64,000 nucleotides of DNA from Acidothermaceae bacterium (GTDB lineage: Bacteria; Actinomycetota; Actinomycetes; Acidothermales; Acidothermaceae), in the NCBI GenBank assembly GCA_036509315.1, contig DATCFU010000198.1, positions 2,107-66,106 of the forward strand, written 5' to 3'. Numbering within the stretch: position 1 is the first letter of the stretch; the number at the start of each line of letters is the position of its first letter. Of the stretch, positions 9,318-19,148 are shown piece by piece. Made by a program: the position numbers and the translations under genes. The notes beneath the pieces are model-generated. The model was not told the DNA's origin. It did no database searches and worked only from the letters and a program-made list of their open reading frames with translations.

Positions 9318-10406
9318 GTGACCGATTCCGACACGGCAACTCTGGCCGTTGTTTCACGTGGAACACGACGGCTTGCGATTCCGCTCCACGCCCTCAACCA
9401 CGAAGACTCGGCTGATGTAACCACAGCGAGCTCGGGTTCTGACCCCAGTGTTTCACGTGAAACCAGGCAACCGGCCGCGCCCGACGAGACACCTATCGCG
9501 ACTCAGACCGCCACGGCCATGCGGGTGCTCGGTCATAACGGTGAGACATTCCCACGCCCGAGCCGCCGCCGGATCGTCACGGTGGCCAATCAAAAGGGCG
9601 GCGTTGGCAAGACGACCACGACTGTCAACATCGCAGCAGCGATGGCGTTGCATGGGCTCCGCGTCCTCGTTATCGACCTCGACCCCCAAGGCAACGCATC
9701 CACCGCGCTGGGCATCGACCATCACGCCGATATCCCTTCGGTCTACGACCTGCTCATCGAAGGCAAGTCTCTCGGCGACGTGATGGTCGATGTCCTCGAG
9801 ATCCCTGGGCTGTCTTGTGTTCCCGCGACGATCGACCTGGCGGGTGCGGAAATCGAGCTAGTTTCGATGGTGGCTCGCGAGGCACGGTTGCGCCGCGCCT
9901 TGGCGGAGGTCGTCGCCGACTTCGACTACGTGCTGATCGACTGCCCGCCGTCCCTCGGCCTGTTAACGGTGAACGCACTGGTGGCCGGCGAGGAAGTGCT
10001 GATCCCGATCCAATGCGAGTACTACGCGCTGGAAGGGCTCGGTCAGCTGCTGAGCAATATCGATCTGGTGAAATCCCACCTGAATCCCGATTTGCGGGTG
10101 TCGACGATCCTGCTCACAATGTACGACGCGCGGACACGGCTCGCATCGCAGGTCGCAGATGACGTTCGATTGCATTTCGGTACAACTGTGCTTCGAACCG
10201 TTATTCCACGCAGCGTCCGGGTCTCCGAGGCGCCCAGCTACGGTCAGACGGTGATGACCTACGACCCGGCTTCACCCGGCGCGCTCTGCTACCTAGATGC
10301 AGCGCGCGAGATCGCGGAGCGCGGTGCGGGCGGCGGCAGCGGGTCCAACACGAGTACGAACACCGACACCCCCAGCACCGGCCCAGCCCAAGGAGACTCC
10401 CAATGA
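9318..10406 (+). CDS. parA: chromosome partitioning ATPase ParA/Soj
   Basis: Deviant Walker A VANQKGGVGKTTTTVN and LVIDLDPQGNAS. The longest ORF is given. Both parS sites lie in its first 150 nt, so the ATG at 9519 (MRVLGHNG) may be the real start. Confidence 0.93.
   Translation: MTDSDTATLAVVSRGTRRLAIPLHALNHEDSADVTTASSGSDPSVSRETRQPAAPDETPIATQTATAMRVLGHNGETFPRPSRRRIVTVANQKGGVGKTTTTVNIAAAMALHGLRVLVIDLDPQGNASTALGIDHHADIPSVYDLLIEGKSLGDVMVDVLEIPGLSCVPATIDLAGAEIELVSMVAREARLRRALAEVVADFDYVLIDCPPSLGLLTVNALVAGEEVLIPIQCEYYALEGLGQLLSNIDLVKSHLNPDLRVSTILLTMYDARTRLASQVADDVRLHFGTTVLRTVIPRSVRVSEAPSYGQTVMTYDPASPGALCYLDAAREIAERGAGGGSGSNTSTNTDTPSTGPAQGDSQ
9350..9365. promoter_or_regulatory. parS centromere-like site TGTTTCACGTGGAACA
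   Basis: 15/16 match to the parS consensus TGTTTCACGTGAAACA. Confidence 0.8.
9449..9464. promoter_or_regulatory. parS centromere-like site TGTTTCACGTGAAACC
   Basis: 15/16 match to the parS consensus, 99 bp downstream of the first site. Confidence 0.8.
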
Positions 10407-11413
10407 GTACGCGTCGCGGCGGTTTAGGGCGCGGGCTTGGTGCACTGATCCCTACTGCCACGACCGTTGAGCGCGCACGTCCCCCCGTGCCGGGCCAGCA
10501 GCCCGACCCCGCCCACACCGCGATCGCTAACACGCAGCCGAGAGTGATCCGGCTCAGCGGCGAAGAACCCTTGCTCGCGGTACCCGGCGCCCGGTTTGCC
10601 GAAGTGCCGGTCGATGACATCGCACCCAACCCGAAGCAACCCCGCCAGGTGTTCGACGAGGCCGCGCTTGCTGAGCTCGCCTACTCGTTGCGTGAGGTCG
10701 GGTTCCTGCAGCCGGTAGTGGTCCGCCCGGCTGGGGAGGGCTACGAACTGGTCATGGGTGAGCGGCGCTTGCGGGCGGCGCAGCAGGCCGGATTCACCAC
10801 CATTCCCGCTATCATCAGGGACACCAACGACGACGCGCTGCTTCGTGACGCGCTGCTGGAGAACCTTCATCGCGAACAGCTGAATCCGCTCGAAGAGGGT
10901 GCGGCGTATGCGCAGTTACTCGAAGAATTTGGCGCTACGCATGAAGAATTGGCCAAGCGCATCGGTCGATCGCGATCGCAGGTCAGTAACACAATCCGGT
11001 TGCTCAACCTGCCGACGTCGGTGCAACGCAAGGTCGCGGCGGCCGTGCTGTCGGCCGGCCATGCACGTGCATTGCTAGGTCTCGACGACGCGGTCGCGCA
11101 GGAACGGCTGGCGCAACGCATCGTTGCCGAAGGCCTATCGGTGCGAGCCGTCGAAGAGCTTGTCGCGGTCGGTGACGGCGAATCGGGACGGCGACGGGCG
11201 CCTCGCACCGGACGCCAGCGTGCGGCCGGGCTCGATGAGCTCGCCTCAGGCTTGTCGGATCACTTTGAGACGCGGGTGCGGGTCGACCTGGGCCGCAGTC
11301 GGGGCAAGATCACCATTGAGTTCGCGTCCATCGACGACCTGGAGCGCATCGTGGCAGCCATGGCGCCGGATCTCGCTACCCACAAGAGCGGCGGCAACCA
11401 GCCGGTCGACTAA
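10403..11413 (+). CDS. parB: chromosome partitioning protein ParB
   Basis: N-terminus RGGLGRGLGALIP and ParB-box region IRDTNDDALLRDALLENLHREQLNPLEEG. ATGA overlap with the parA stop. Confidence 0.95.
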   Translation: MSTRRGGLGRGLGALIPTATTVERARPPVPGQQPDPAHTAIANTQPRVIRLSGEEPLLAVPGARFAEVPVDDIAPNPKQPRQVFDEAALAELAYSLREVGFLQPVVVRPAGEGYELVMGERRLRAAQQAGFTTIPAIIRDTNDDALLRDALLENLHREQLNPLEEGAAYAQLLEEFGATHEELAKRIGRSRSQVSNTIRLLNLPTSVQRKVAAAVLSAGHARALLGLDDAVAQERLAQRIVAEGLSVRAVEELVAVGDGESGRRRAPRTGRQRAAGLDELASGLSDHFETRVRVDLGRSRGKITIEFASIDDLERIVAAMAPDLATHKSGGNQPVD

Positions 11414-11434
11414 CGACCGTCGACTAACAGCCGC

Positions 11435-12409
11435 TTAGACGGGCGCTCCGGGCAGCGGCACGCCACGGACGGCCGCGCGGTGTAACAAGTCCCGGCACAA
11501 GGTGCCCAGATCGAGGTCCGCGGCTGCTGCCGCGAGCGGCAACAGGCTGGTCGTGGTCATTCCAGGGGCCACATTTGTCTCGAGGTACTCGACGGCGCCG
11601 TCACGCGCGACGATCAGGTCGGTTCGGGAGATATCTCGCAACCCCAGAGCCTCATGCGCGAGCACCGCTGCCGCACCTGCAGCGGCAGCGATCTCGGCGC
11701 GTAGTCGGGCCGGCACGTGGTATTCGGTCATGCCTGCCGTATACCGCGCTGCGTAGTCGAAGGTGCCGCTTACGGCGTCGATCTCGACCGCGGGGAGAGC
11801 GACCGGACCAGACCCGGTGTCGATGACGCTGACGGCAAGCTCGACGCCGTCGATGTATCGCTCGAGTAGGGCGACGCCGTCGTAGGAGTAGCAGCCGACC
11901 ATCGCCGCGGGGAGGTCGCCCGCATTGCGGACGACAGTTACACCCAGCGCCGAGCCACCACGCGCTGGCTTCACGACAAGCGGCAGTCCGAGTCGCTCGA
12001 CGACGCGCTCGAGTAGCGCCGGACCACCTAGGTCGCGGAACGCTGCGTGCTGCAGGGCGACCGAAGCTGGCGTCGAAACACCGGCGCGGCCAAGGATCGC
12101 CTTCGCGATCGGCTTGTCGAAGGCGAGTCGGGCGGCCGCTCCGGTCGCGCCGACGTAGGGCACGCCGCTGAGGTCGAGTGCGTCGCGCAGGCCACCGTCC
12201 TCGCCCTCAATTCCGTGTACAGCAAGGAAAACGGCGGACGGCGGGTCTTGAAGTAACCGCGGTAAGAGTTGAGCGTCGATGTCGACGAGTTCGACTTCGA
12301 CACCGAGCTCAGCCAGCGCGTCGGTTACCCGACGTCCCGACGACAGTGAGACATCGCGCTCGTACGAGAGGCCGCCGGCTAGCACGAGGACGTGCCCGAG
12401 GTCGCTCAT
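11435..12409 (-). CDS. ddl: D-alanine--D-alanine ligase family ATP-grasp enzyme
   Basis: VLVLAGGLSYERDVSLSSG N-terminus, FDYAARY loop and ETNVAPGMTTTSLLP C-terminal motif. At 324 aa it is a short DdlB-like form. Confidence 0.8.
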   Translation of the reverse strand: MSDLGHVLVLAGGLSYERDVSLSSGRRVTDALAELGVEVELVDIDAQLLPRLLQDPPSAVFLAVHGIEGEDGGLRDALDLSGVPYVGATGAAARLAFDKPIAKAILGRAGVSTPASVALQHAAFRDLGGPALLERVVERLGLPLVVKPARGGSALGVTVVRNAGDLPAAMVGCYSYDGVALLERYIDGVELAVSVIDTGSGPVALPAVEIDAVSGTFDYAARYTAGMTEYHVPARLRAEIAAAAGAAAVLAHEALGLRDISRTDLIVARDGAVEYLETNVAPGMTTTSLLPLAAAAADLDLGTLCRDLLHRAAVRGVPLPGAPV

Positions 12410-13653
12410 GAGCCACCGCGAAATGTCGCGACGATGTCGAGCTCCTCAGACAGTACGCCGGCCAACCGCCGGACGCCCTCGCGGATGCGATCAGGCTCGG
12501 GAAGGCTGTAAGCCAACCGCAGATTCCGCCCGCCCTGGCCGTCGGAGTAGAAGCCGACACCTGGGACGTACGCAACGCGGCCCTGGATCGCCCGCGGCAG
12601 CATCGCTTTGGCGTCGATGCCCTCCGGCAGCGTGACCCACACGTAGAAGCCGCCCGTCGGGTGGGTCCAGGACGAGCCCGCCGGAAACGAGGACTCAAGC
12701 GCTTCGAGGCAGGCATCGCGCCGGGCGCGGTACAACTCGCGGAAGACCTTCACTTGCTCTTGCCAGGGGTGATGTTCGAGGAATTCGGCGACGACGTATT
12801 GCGACAAAGCCACCGGGCACAGCGTGGTCGCCTCGCTGGCCATAATCAGCTTTTCTTTGACACCTGGCGGGGCCAGGACCCAGCCCACGCGGACGCCCGC
12901 GGCGAAGGTCTTGGAGAAGGATCCGAGGTAGATGATTCCGTCAGAGGCCCGGGCGCGCAGCGCACGCAGCGGCGGCCCGTCAAAGCCCAGCAGGCCGTAG
13001 GGGTTGTCCTCCAGGATCAGCAGGCCAGCTTCGGCGCAGATGGCAATGATCTCGTCGCGACGCTCCTCGACGAGCGTGATCCCGGCGGGATTATGGTAGT
13101 TCGGCACTGTATAGACGAATTTGGCCCGCCGGCCCGATCGGGCTACTTCGGCGATTGCCGCCCGCAGTGCCCCGGGCACCAGCCCCGCGTCGTCCATTGT
13201 TACGTGCACAACGTCGGCCTGATATTGCGTGAAGGTCCCAAGTGCGCCGACGTAGGAGGGTGCTTCGGCGATCACGACATCGCCGGGGTCGAGGAAGATC
13301 CGCGATACGACGTCGAGTGCTTGCTGCGAACCGACGGTGACGATCACGTCGTCGGCCGACGCTGAGATGCCCTCAAGGGCCATGACGCCGCAGATCAGTT
13401 CGCGCAGCCGCGGATCGCCCTGGCCACCCATGTACTGCAGGGCCTGCGCGCCTTGTTCGGTGATCACCCGCGCGGTCATCTCGCCGATGACGTCCAGCGG
13501 GAGGGCGCTCACGCATGGCGAGCCACCACCCATGCCGATGATCTCCGGGCGGTTGGCGACTGCGAAAAGGGCCCGGATCTCCGACGTGGTCATGCCGTGG
13601 GTTCGCGCGGCATAGTGCTCAAGATAGGGGTCTAACCGCGACCCGCCTGACAT
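12406..13653 (-). CDS. PLP-dependent aminotransferase (fold type I, class I/II)
   Basis: NPAGITL and SFSKTFAAGVRVGW (Schiff-base Lys motif). I set the start at ATG 13653 (MSGGSRLD); the longest ORF reaches 13680. The stop overlaps the ddl start (ATGA). Confidence 0.8.
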   Translation of the reverse strand: MSGGSRLDPYLEHYAARTHGMTTSEIRALFAVANRPEIIGMGGGSPCVSALPLDVIGEMTARVITEQGAQALQYMGGQGDPRLRELICGVMALEGISASADDVIVTVGSQQALDVVSRIFLDPGDVVIAEAPSYVGALGTFTQYQADVVHVTMDDAGLVPGALRAAIAEVARSGRRAKFVYTVPNYHNPAGITLVEERRDEIIAICAEAGLLILEDNPYGLLGFDGPPLRALRARASDGIIYLGSFSKTFAAGVRVGWVLAPPGVKEKLIMASEATTLCPVALSQYVVAEFLEHHPWQEQVKVFRELYRARRDACLEALESSFPAGSSWTHPTGGFYVWVTLPEGIDAKAMLPRAIQGRVAYVPGVGFYSDGQGGRNLRLAYSLPEPDRIREGVRRLAGVLSEELDIVATFRGGS

Positions 13654-13834
13654 GTCCACGAAACGGTCCTCCTCGAGCACTCAGGGTAGCGCCCGCAGCG
13701 GCGGACGTCGGCGATTTGCCAACTGGTGCGGGCGAGCGCAGGCCGTGCGCGTAGCCCGACCGGCACTACCGTCGCCGGTGCGAAGCGATCAGACTGGCTC
13801 TACATTGCGCGCTCTCAGCGCTGGCGGAGGAACG

Positions 13835-14452
13835 ATGTCGCGACGCGTGGTCGGCTTGACGCTCGACAACCTGGACGATCTACCGCCTCGGTGCAGGCGG
13901 TGTGCGTTTTGGGAACTCGACCCCGTAAGTCGCACTCGAGCTGAGGAGTCAGGCGACGCGGCGCTTGAGAAGGAAGCGTGGGTCTCGGCGGTGCTCCTTG
14001 AGTGGGGGAGTTGCGGCCGGCTCATTGAAGTCGACGGATCCACCGCTGGCTACGTTCTTTACGCACCACCCGCGTATGTTCCGCGATCTGTCGCGTTTCC
14101 CACCAGTCCCGTTAGCCCGGACGCCGTGTTGCTGATGACCGCGCACGTGCTGCCTGAATTCACCGGCGGTGGACTGGGTCGCGTCCTGCTGCAGTCCGTG
14201 GCGAAGGATCTGACCCGTCGTGGAGTCAAAGCGATCGAGGCATTCGGCGACAGTCGCTGGGAAGCGCCGGCGTGCGTACTACCGACGGATTTCCTTCTGG
14301 CACTGGGTTTTAAGACCATCCGGCCACATCCGCGGCACCCGAGGTTGCGGCTAGATTTGAAGACTGTGCTGTCGTGGCGAGAAGACGTCGAGGGTGCGCT
14401 GGAGCGATTGCTGGGGTCCGTGGCGCCCGAGGGTGCACTCCGACCAGTCTGA
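13835..14452 (+). CDS. GNAT-like N-acetyltransferase family protein
   Basis: ATG 13835 is preceded by GGAGG. A CRRCAFWE Cys motif is followed by an acetyl-CoA-type loop, FTGGGLGRVLLQSVAKDLTRRG. The track ORF (13652..) carries an implausible Arg-rich N-terminal extension. Confidence 0.55.
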   Translation: MSRRVVGLTLDNLDDLPPRCRRCAFWELDPVSRTRAEESGDAALEKEAWVSAVLLEWGSCGRLIEVDGSTAGYVLYAPPAYVPRSVAFPTSPVSPDAVLLMTAHVLPEFTGGGLGRVLLQSVAKDLTRRGVKAIEAFGDSRWEAPACVLPTDFLLALGFKTIRPHPRHPRLRLDLKTVLSWREDVEGALERLLGSVAPEGALRPV

Positions 14453-14485
14453 GAATCGGAGGTTCTGATTGCCCGGCGAACTGAC

Positions 14486-15673
14486 CTAGACCGAGATGGT
14501 CTGCCAGCTCAATTCGATCGCTTCCTGCGACGGCAACTCGGCGGGTGAGTACAGCCGCTGGATGGCGACCACGATGGCCTCGGCGAGCTCGTCACGGAAC
14601 TCTGCGCTGCCCAGCCGAGCCGCATCGCCCGGGTTCGTGAGATAACCAAGTTCGATGCGGACGGCGGGCATACGCGTGCGGCGCAGCAGTTCCCAGCTCT
14701 TCGGGTGGCTGCGGCAGTCGAGGAAATCGGTGCGCGCCAGCACCTCCTGCTGGATCAATTCTGCGAGACGCGCTCCAACGAGCGAGCGGTCGATAACAGT
14801 GCCGTAGTAGTAGGTCGACACGCCATGGCAGCTCGGATCGAGGTCGGCGTCAATGTGCAGCGAGACGAGCAGGTCGGCTTCCGCGGCATTCGCGAAGGCC
14901 CCTCGCTCGGCGTCGCTTGGCGGGCGTTCGGGCACATCGGTGTCGTCGAGTGCGCCCTCGCCGCCGCGCGTCCGAAATGCCTGGGCGCCTGCCGCGGCGA
15001 GCCGACCCTCGAGCCGGTTGGCGATGTCGTCGACAATCGTGGCTTCGTCCAATGTTCCGTTGGTCGACCCCCGGTCGCGGCCGCCGTGGCCGGGGTCGAT
15101 GACCACCAGCTTGCCGGCCATCGTCGGCCCGCCGTGATGGAGCCGGTCGTATTCACGCAACTCGTTGGCTTTACCACCGACGACGGTGCGGGCGAGCTGC
15201 CGCAAAGCCCGAAATGTCGCCGGGCCACAGGTGCCATCGGCCGGCAACCCGACGTTGCGCTGAAACTCCCGCAAGGCGTTTTCGGTGCGCGGCCCAAACA
15301 CTCCGTCGGCTCGACCACAGTCGAAGCCCATGTCGGCCAGTCGATGCTGGAGGCCCGCGACGTCGTCGCCGACGTAGGGGTGCCGGACGGCGAACGACAA
15401 GGTGCGGTCGCCGAGCCGCCAGCGGGCTTCGTCGAGGCTGCGGTAGGTCTCCCGGTCGACGACCCCGTCGATTCGCAGGCCCCGTTGTTGCTGGAAGCTG
15501 CGGACCGCGTGGTCGCAGGCCTCGTCAAACAGGTCACCCGGGTCAGGGTGCTGGGCCGTCTCGTCGCTGACCAACAGGCCGAGCTGGCGGAGCCGATGCC
15601 GTAGCTCGAGCACGGCGAGCCCGCGGTCGCCGAGGCGCAGCGGCCCGTCGACGCGCTCGTGCTGCTGCTGCAT
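14486..15673 (-). CDS. cwlM: N-acetylmuramoyl-L-alanine amidase family protein, CwlM-like
   Basis: Two peptidoglycan-binding repeats (VRSFQQQRGLRIDGVV, LREFQRNVGLPADGTCG) plus an amidase_3 domain (VVIDPGHGG, LLVSLHID). I set the start at ATG 15673, because the longest ORF would run across trxA. Confidence 0.85.
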   Translation of the reverse strand: MQQQHERVDGPLRLGDRGLAVLELRHRLRQLGLLVSDETAQHPDPGDLFDEACDHAVRSFQQQRGLRIDGVVDRETYRSLDEARWRLGDRTLSFAVRHPYVGDDVAGLQHRLADMGFDCGRADGVFGPRTENALREFQRNVGLPADGTCGPATFRALRQLARTVVGGKANELREYDRLHHGGPTMAGKLVVIDPGHGGRDRGSTNGTLDEATIVDDIANRLEGRLAAAGAQAFRTRGGEGALDDTDVPERPPSDAERGAFANAAEADLLVSLHIDADLDPSCHGVSTYYYGTVIDRSLVGARLAELIQQEVLARTDFLDCRSHPKSWELLRRTRMPAVRIELGYLTNPGDAARLGSAEFRDELAEAIVVAIQRLYSPAELPSQEAIELSWQTISV

Positions 15674-15786
15674 GGGCGTCCTCGTTTGGGTCGACCGCTC
15701 CGGCGGGAATTGACGCCCGACGGAGCTCCGACGTTTACCGGAGCCCGCCGCGCGGCTGTACCGGCGTGGAGGAGCCATGTTACGGC

Positions 15787-16110
15787 CTAGAGGAACGCTT
15801 CCAGATCCTTCAACAACGCGGACTTCGACTTGGCGCCGATGATCTGCTTCACGACCTGACCGCCCTTGTACACATTCAGGGTCGGGATGGAGAGGATCGA
15901 GTACGCGCGGGCGGTCTCGGGGTTCTCGTCGATGTTGAGCTTGACTACCCGGACCTTGTCGGCGTGCTCCTTCGCAATCTCCTCGAGAACCGGCGCGACC
16001 ATGCGGCAGGGACCGCACCACTCGGCCCAAAAGTCGACCAGGACCGGGGTGTCGCTGCTAAGGACATCAGTCGCGAAGGTCTCGTCGGTGACGGACTTGG
16101 TGGTTCCCAC
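15787..16110 (-). CDS. trxA: thioredoxin
   Basis: 107 aa with the WCGPC active site. Confidence 0.95.
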   Translation of the reverse strand: MGTTKSVTDETFATDVLSSDTPVLVDFWAEWCGPCRMVAPVLEEIAKEHADKVRVVKLNIDENPETARAYSILSIPTLNVYKGGQVVKQIIGAKSKSALLKDLEAFL

Positions 16111-16181
16111 GGCGGGCTCCTGTCGGGTTGAACGCTGTTCTTGGTGGATGAAACTCTGGGGCAGAGACAGATTTGGAGCGG

Positions 16182-17111
16182 TCAGTAGTGTTCCGCTGCC
16201 AACCAGCGTTCCGCGTCGAGCGCGGCCGCACAGCCGGTGCCGGCTGCGGTGACCGCCTGCCGGTAGGTGTGGTCGACCAGGTCGCCGCAGGCAAAGACTC
16301 CGTCGAGGTTCGTGCGGGTCGAGGGAGCTTCGACCTTGACGTAGCCGGCGTCATCGAGATCAACTTGGCCGCGGAACAAGTCGCTACGCGGGTCGTGGCC
16401 GATCGCGACGAACAAGCCAGTGACCGGCAACTGATCTTCGACACCCGTGACGGTGTCGCGGACCGTGACCCCTGCAACCTTGTCGTCGCCGACTACATCG
16501 GTCACCTCGGAGTTCCAGCGGAACCCGACCTTGTCGTTCGCGTACGCGCGGTCCTGCATGATCTTGCTCGCGCGCAGCGCATCGCGACGGTGCACGACGG
16601 TGACGCTGCGAGCGAACTTGCTGAGGAATGTCGCTTCCTCAAGGGCAGAGTCGCCGCCACCGACGACCGCGATGTCGTGGTCACGGAAGAAGAACCCGTC
16701 ACACGTCGCACAAGCAGAGACACCGTGGCCGAGTAACCGAGCCTCGTTCTCGAGCCCGAGATAGCGATACTTCGAACCCGTCGCCAAGATGACGGCGCGC
16801 GAGTGGAAGACCTGATCGCCAACATGAACGACCTTCACGGGTCCGGTCAGCTCGACCGCGGTGACGTCATCAGTCACCAGCTCGGCACCGAAGCGGGCCG
16901 CCTGCTTGCGCAGACTCTCCATTAACTCCGGTCCCATGATCCCGTCGGGAAAGCCGGGGAAGTTCTCCACATCGGTAGTCGTCATCAGTGCGCCGCCGGC
17001 GGCAATCGCGCCCTCGAAAACCAACGGGTGCAAGTCGGCCCGCGCGGCGTAAAGCGCCGCTGTATAACCGGCCGGACCGGATCCGATGATGATGAGTTCA
17101 CGCACGTTCAC
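16182..17111 (-). CDS. trxB: thioredoxin-disulfide reductase
   Basis: [13 protein letters not shown] motif, CATCDG redox centre and GGGDSA NADPH motif. Confidence 0.95.
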   Translation of the reverse strand: MNVRELIIIGSGPAGYTAALYAARADLHPLVFEGAIAAGGALMTTTDVENFPGFPDGIMGPELMESLRKQAARFGAELVTDDVTAVELTGPVKVVHVGDQVFHSRAVILATGSKYRYLGLENEARLLGHGVSACATCDGFFFRDHDIAVVGGGDSALEEATFLSKFARSVTVVHRRDALRASKIMQDRAYANDKVGFRWNSEVTDVVGDDKVAGVTVRDTVTGVEDQLPVTGLFVAIGHDPRSDLFRGQVDLDDAGYVKVEAPSTRTNLDGVFACGDLVDHTYRQAVTAAGTGCAAALDAERWLAAEHY

Positions 17112-17270
17112 AAAAGACCTACCTCGAAGACGGTCGCCAATCGGGCGACTACGGCCTTCAACAGATCCTAGGCGTCTGCGATTCCCGACTGGGCAGGCTC
17201 GCGACGACCTGTACGGGTAGCCGCAAGATGTGGGTTACCCGGCGGTCCAGGGCCAAGAGAGGCCCGGGAA

Positions 17271-18413
17271 TCAAGGACTGGGACTCGGCCCGAGGAAGGT
17301 TTCGAAGGTGAACTCCTGATTCGCACAGTTCGCCGTGTCTGCCTCGACGTAGATGTCGAGCTTGTGCGCAACGTCGGGGTCGGGGAGCACGATGATCGTC
17401 GACGGTGCGCCGTTGAACAGTGCGTAATCCACGAGCAGGGGTTGCTCCGCCTTTCCGGCGAGGATCTGGACGCAGCGCGCTAGGGCGGCGGGGTCGGCCA
17501 GCGGTCCGGCAGGCGCCGTGATGGCGTGGTTCGCCGTCCCGCCGTTGAAGACTCCACCCGCGGACGCCGAGGCGGCGGCCGTCGGTGCGGCGAGCAACGG
17601 CCCTGGCGCTGCTGTGCTGGCCGGTGCGGCTGCCGCAGAGGAGGCTGCGGGAGCGAGGGTTGCTGCCGCGGGGGCGGACGACGCCGCGGCGGGCGCAGGG
17701 GCGGCTGCTGCAGGGGCGGCCGCAGATCCGGCAGCGGCTTCGGAGAGGCCGAACGCCAAGCCGGGGAAGTTTGACGCGGCGCCGGGGACGTTGCTCGTGA
17801 CGACGGAGGCGATCTGAGAGCGCAGGCCCGCCGACGTGTAGTCGGTACCAGACGCGATCGTCGCCACGCCGGCAGACGTCGTGGCGGCTGGCGCGCTAGC
17901 TGTCCTTTTGTCGTTGCTGCCGCTGTGTCCGAGCGCGACAATTCCGACGACAACCACGGCGACCAGCACGACGATGGATGCCGCGGCGCCGTATGGCAGC
18001 GTCCGCCAGCGCGAAGAGGCTGGCCTAGACCGCCCGGCCGGCTTCGACCGCCGCAATGGCACCACCGTGTCGGCCACTCCGCTTGCGGCGATCGGCGTGC
18101 TTGACGCCCTCGCCGCAAGCAGGGCAGCTTCGATGCGCTCAGCAACGTCTGGCGGCATGGGCACTGGTGGCAGGGCACGCAAGGTTTCGCGAACGCGGCG
18201 CAGGGCCTCGAGGTCAGCGGTGCACGCGGCGCAGCCAGCGACATGGGAGAGCAACTCTGCTGTGCGTGGATTTGCTGTGCGTGGATCTGCAGCGCGTGGA
18301 TCCACTGTCTGCGGACCCGTCGCGTCGGCAGGTGGGGCCGTTTCGGAGGCTGGCGCGGTATCGCGATCTGCGAGTTCCGCGAGCGTCTCGAGGTCCGGGT
18401 GCGGGGTCTTCAC
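17271..18413 (-). CDS. membrane-spanning anti-sigma factor (zf-HC2-like)
   Basis: HVAGCAACTADLEAL motif, one TM segment (AASIVVLVAVVVVGIVAL) and an Ala/Pro-rich linker. GTGA overlap with the upstream ECF sigma gene. Confidence 0.7.
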   Translation of the reverse strand: MKTPHPDLETLAELADRDTAPASETAPPADATGPQTVDPRAADPRTANPRTAELLSHVAGCAACTADLEALRRVRETLRALPPVPMPPDVAERIEAALLAARASSTPIAASGVADTVVPLRRSKPAGRSRPASSRWRTLPYGAAASIVVLVAVVVVGIVALGHSGSNDKRTASAPAATTSAGVATIASGTDYTSAGLRSQIASVVTSNVPGAASNFPGLAFGLSEAAAGSAAAPAAAAPAPAAASSAPAAATLAPAASSAAAAPASTAAPGPLLAAPTAAASASAGGVFNGGTANHAITAPAGPLADPAALARCVQILAGKAEQPLLVDYALFNGAPSTIIVLPDPDVAHKLDIYVEADTANCANQEFTFETFLGPSPSP

Positions 18414-19123
18414 CGGAGGTCCTCTCGGGATGGGTTCATCGGTGGTTCGACGCGGTCAGTGCCGGTGGGGTTCCGCAGTTGCGCGCCGGGGTCGGGTTCG
18501 CGCTCGATACCGGGGTCGGGTCCGCGGCCGACGTGCGGGTCTGGCGCGCCTCGTAGATGCGACAGCAGCGGGACCAACTTCGCTCGCCCACGAGCGCACC
18601 GGCTCTTGATCGTTCCCGACGGCACCTCCAGCATCGCGGCGACCTCGTCGACGGGATACCCCTCGATGTCGACGAGCACGATCGCGGCCCGCTGCTCAGC
18701 CGGCAACGTCGCGAGTGCGGCGTGCACGTCGGCTGCGGTGTCACGGTCGGCATACTCGTCGCGGGCGATGCTCGGCGCGTGGTCGTCGTCGGGAAGGGGG
18801 CTGGTCGGATGTGCGGCTCGTCGCCGCAACCGGTCGAGGCACGCGTTTACGACGATCCGGTGCAGCCATGTGCTGACCTTGGCGTCGCCGCGAAACGAAG
18901 CCGCATGGCGCATTGCGGAGATGAGTGCTTCTTGGACGGCGTCGGCCGCGTCCTCAGGATCACCCGTCGTCCGCAGAGCGACTGCCCAGAGCTGGTCGCG
19001 GTGCCGCCTGAAGATCTCGGTGAAGGCGGCCGGGTCGCCGTCAAGATGGCGGTGCAGCAGCTCGACGTCTGGGTCGGTCGCCATCGCGCCGTCCGCAACG
19101 CCGTCCGTCACCCCGTCCGTCAC
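18410..19123 (-). CDS. sigM: ECF RNA polymerase sigma factor (SigM-like by synteny)
   Basis: Region 2 is DAVQEALISAMRHAASFRGDAKVSTWLHRIVVNACLD and region 4 is IVLVDIEGYPVDEVAAMLEVPSGTIKSRCARGRAKL. It sits upstream of the anti-sigma, trxB, trxA and cwlM genes, as in mycobacteria. Confidence 0.85.
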   Translation of the reverse strand: MTDGVTDGVADGAMATDPDVELLHRHLDGDPAAFTEIFRRHRDQLWAVALRTTGDPEDAADAVQEALISAMRHAASFRGDAKVSTWLHRIVVNACLDRLRRRAAHPTSPLPDDDHAPSIARDEYADRDTAADVHAALATLPAEQRAAIVLVDIEGYPVDEVAAMLEVPSGTIKSRCARGRAKLVPLLSHLRGAPDPHVGRGPDPGIEREPDPGAQLRNPTGTDRVEPPMNPSREDLR

Positions 19124-19148
19124 GCGGCGAAGCCTACCGAGGGCACTT

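Noticed and set aside
14486-16030. Longest-ORF N-terminal extensions in the track: cwlM to 16030, nfo to 34674, purC to 37422, purB to 38731, clpB to 57251, ino1 to 30655, pyrE to 51522, and rplI, rpsF and the ABC ATPase starting inside upstream genes.
   Set aside because: The extensions are low-complexity and Arg/Pro-rich. They overlap neighbouring real genes. They also precede internal Met or Val starts that have Shine-Dalgarno-like sequences and canonical family N-termini. I trimmed the coordinates accordingly.
18261-18305. A 15-bp x3 imperfect tandem repeat inside the anti-sigma factor gene (TGTGCGTGGATTTGC, TGTGCGTGGATCTGC, AGCGCGTGGATCCAC).
   Set aside because: It is in frame and simply encodes a pentapeptide repeat (DPRAA/DPRTA/NPRTA) in a low-complexity cytoplasmic segment. 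It is not an independent element.
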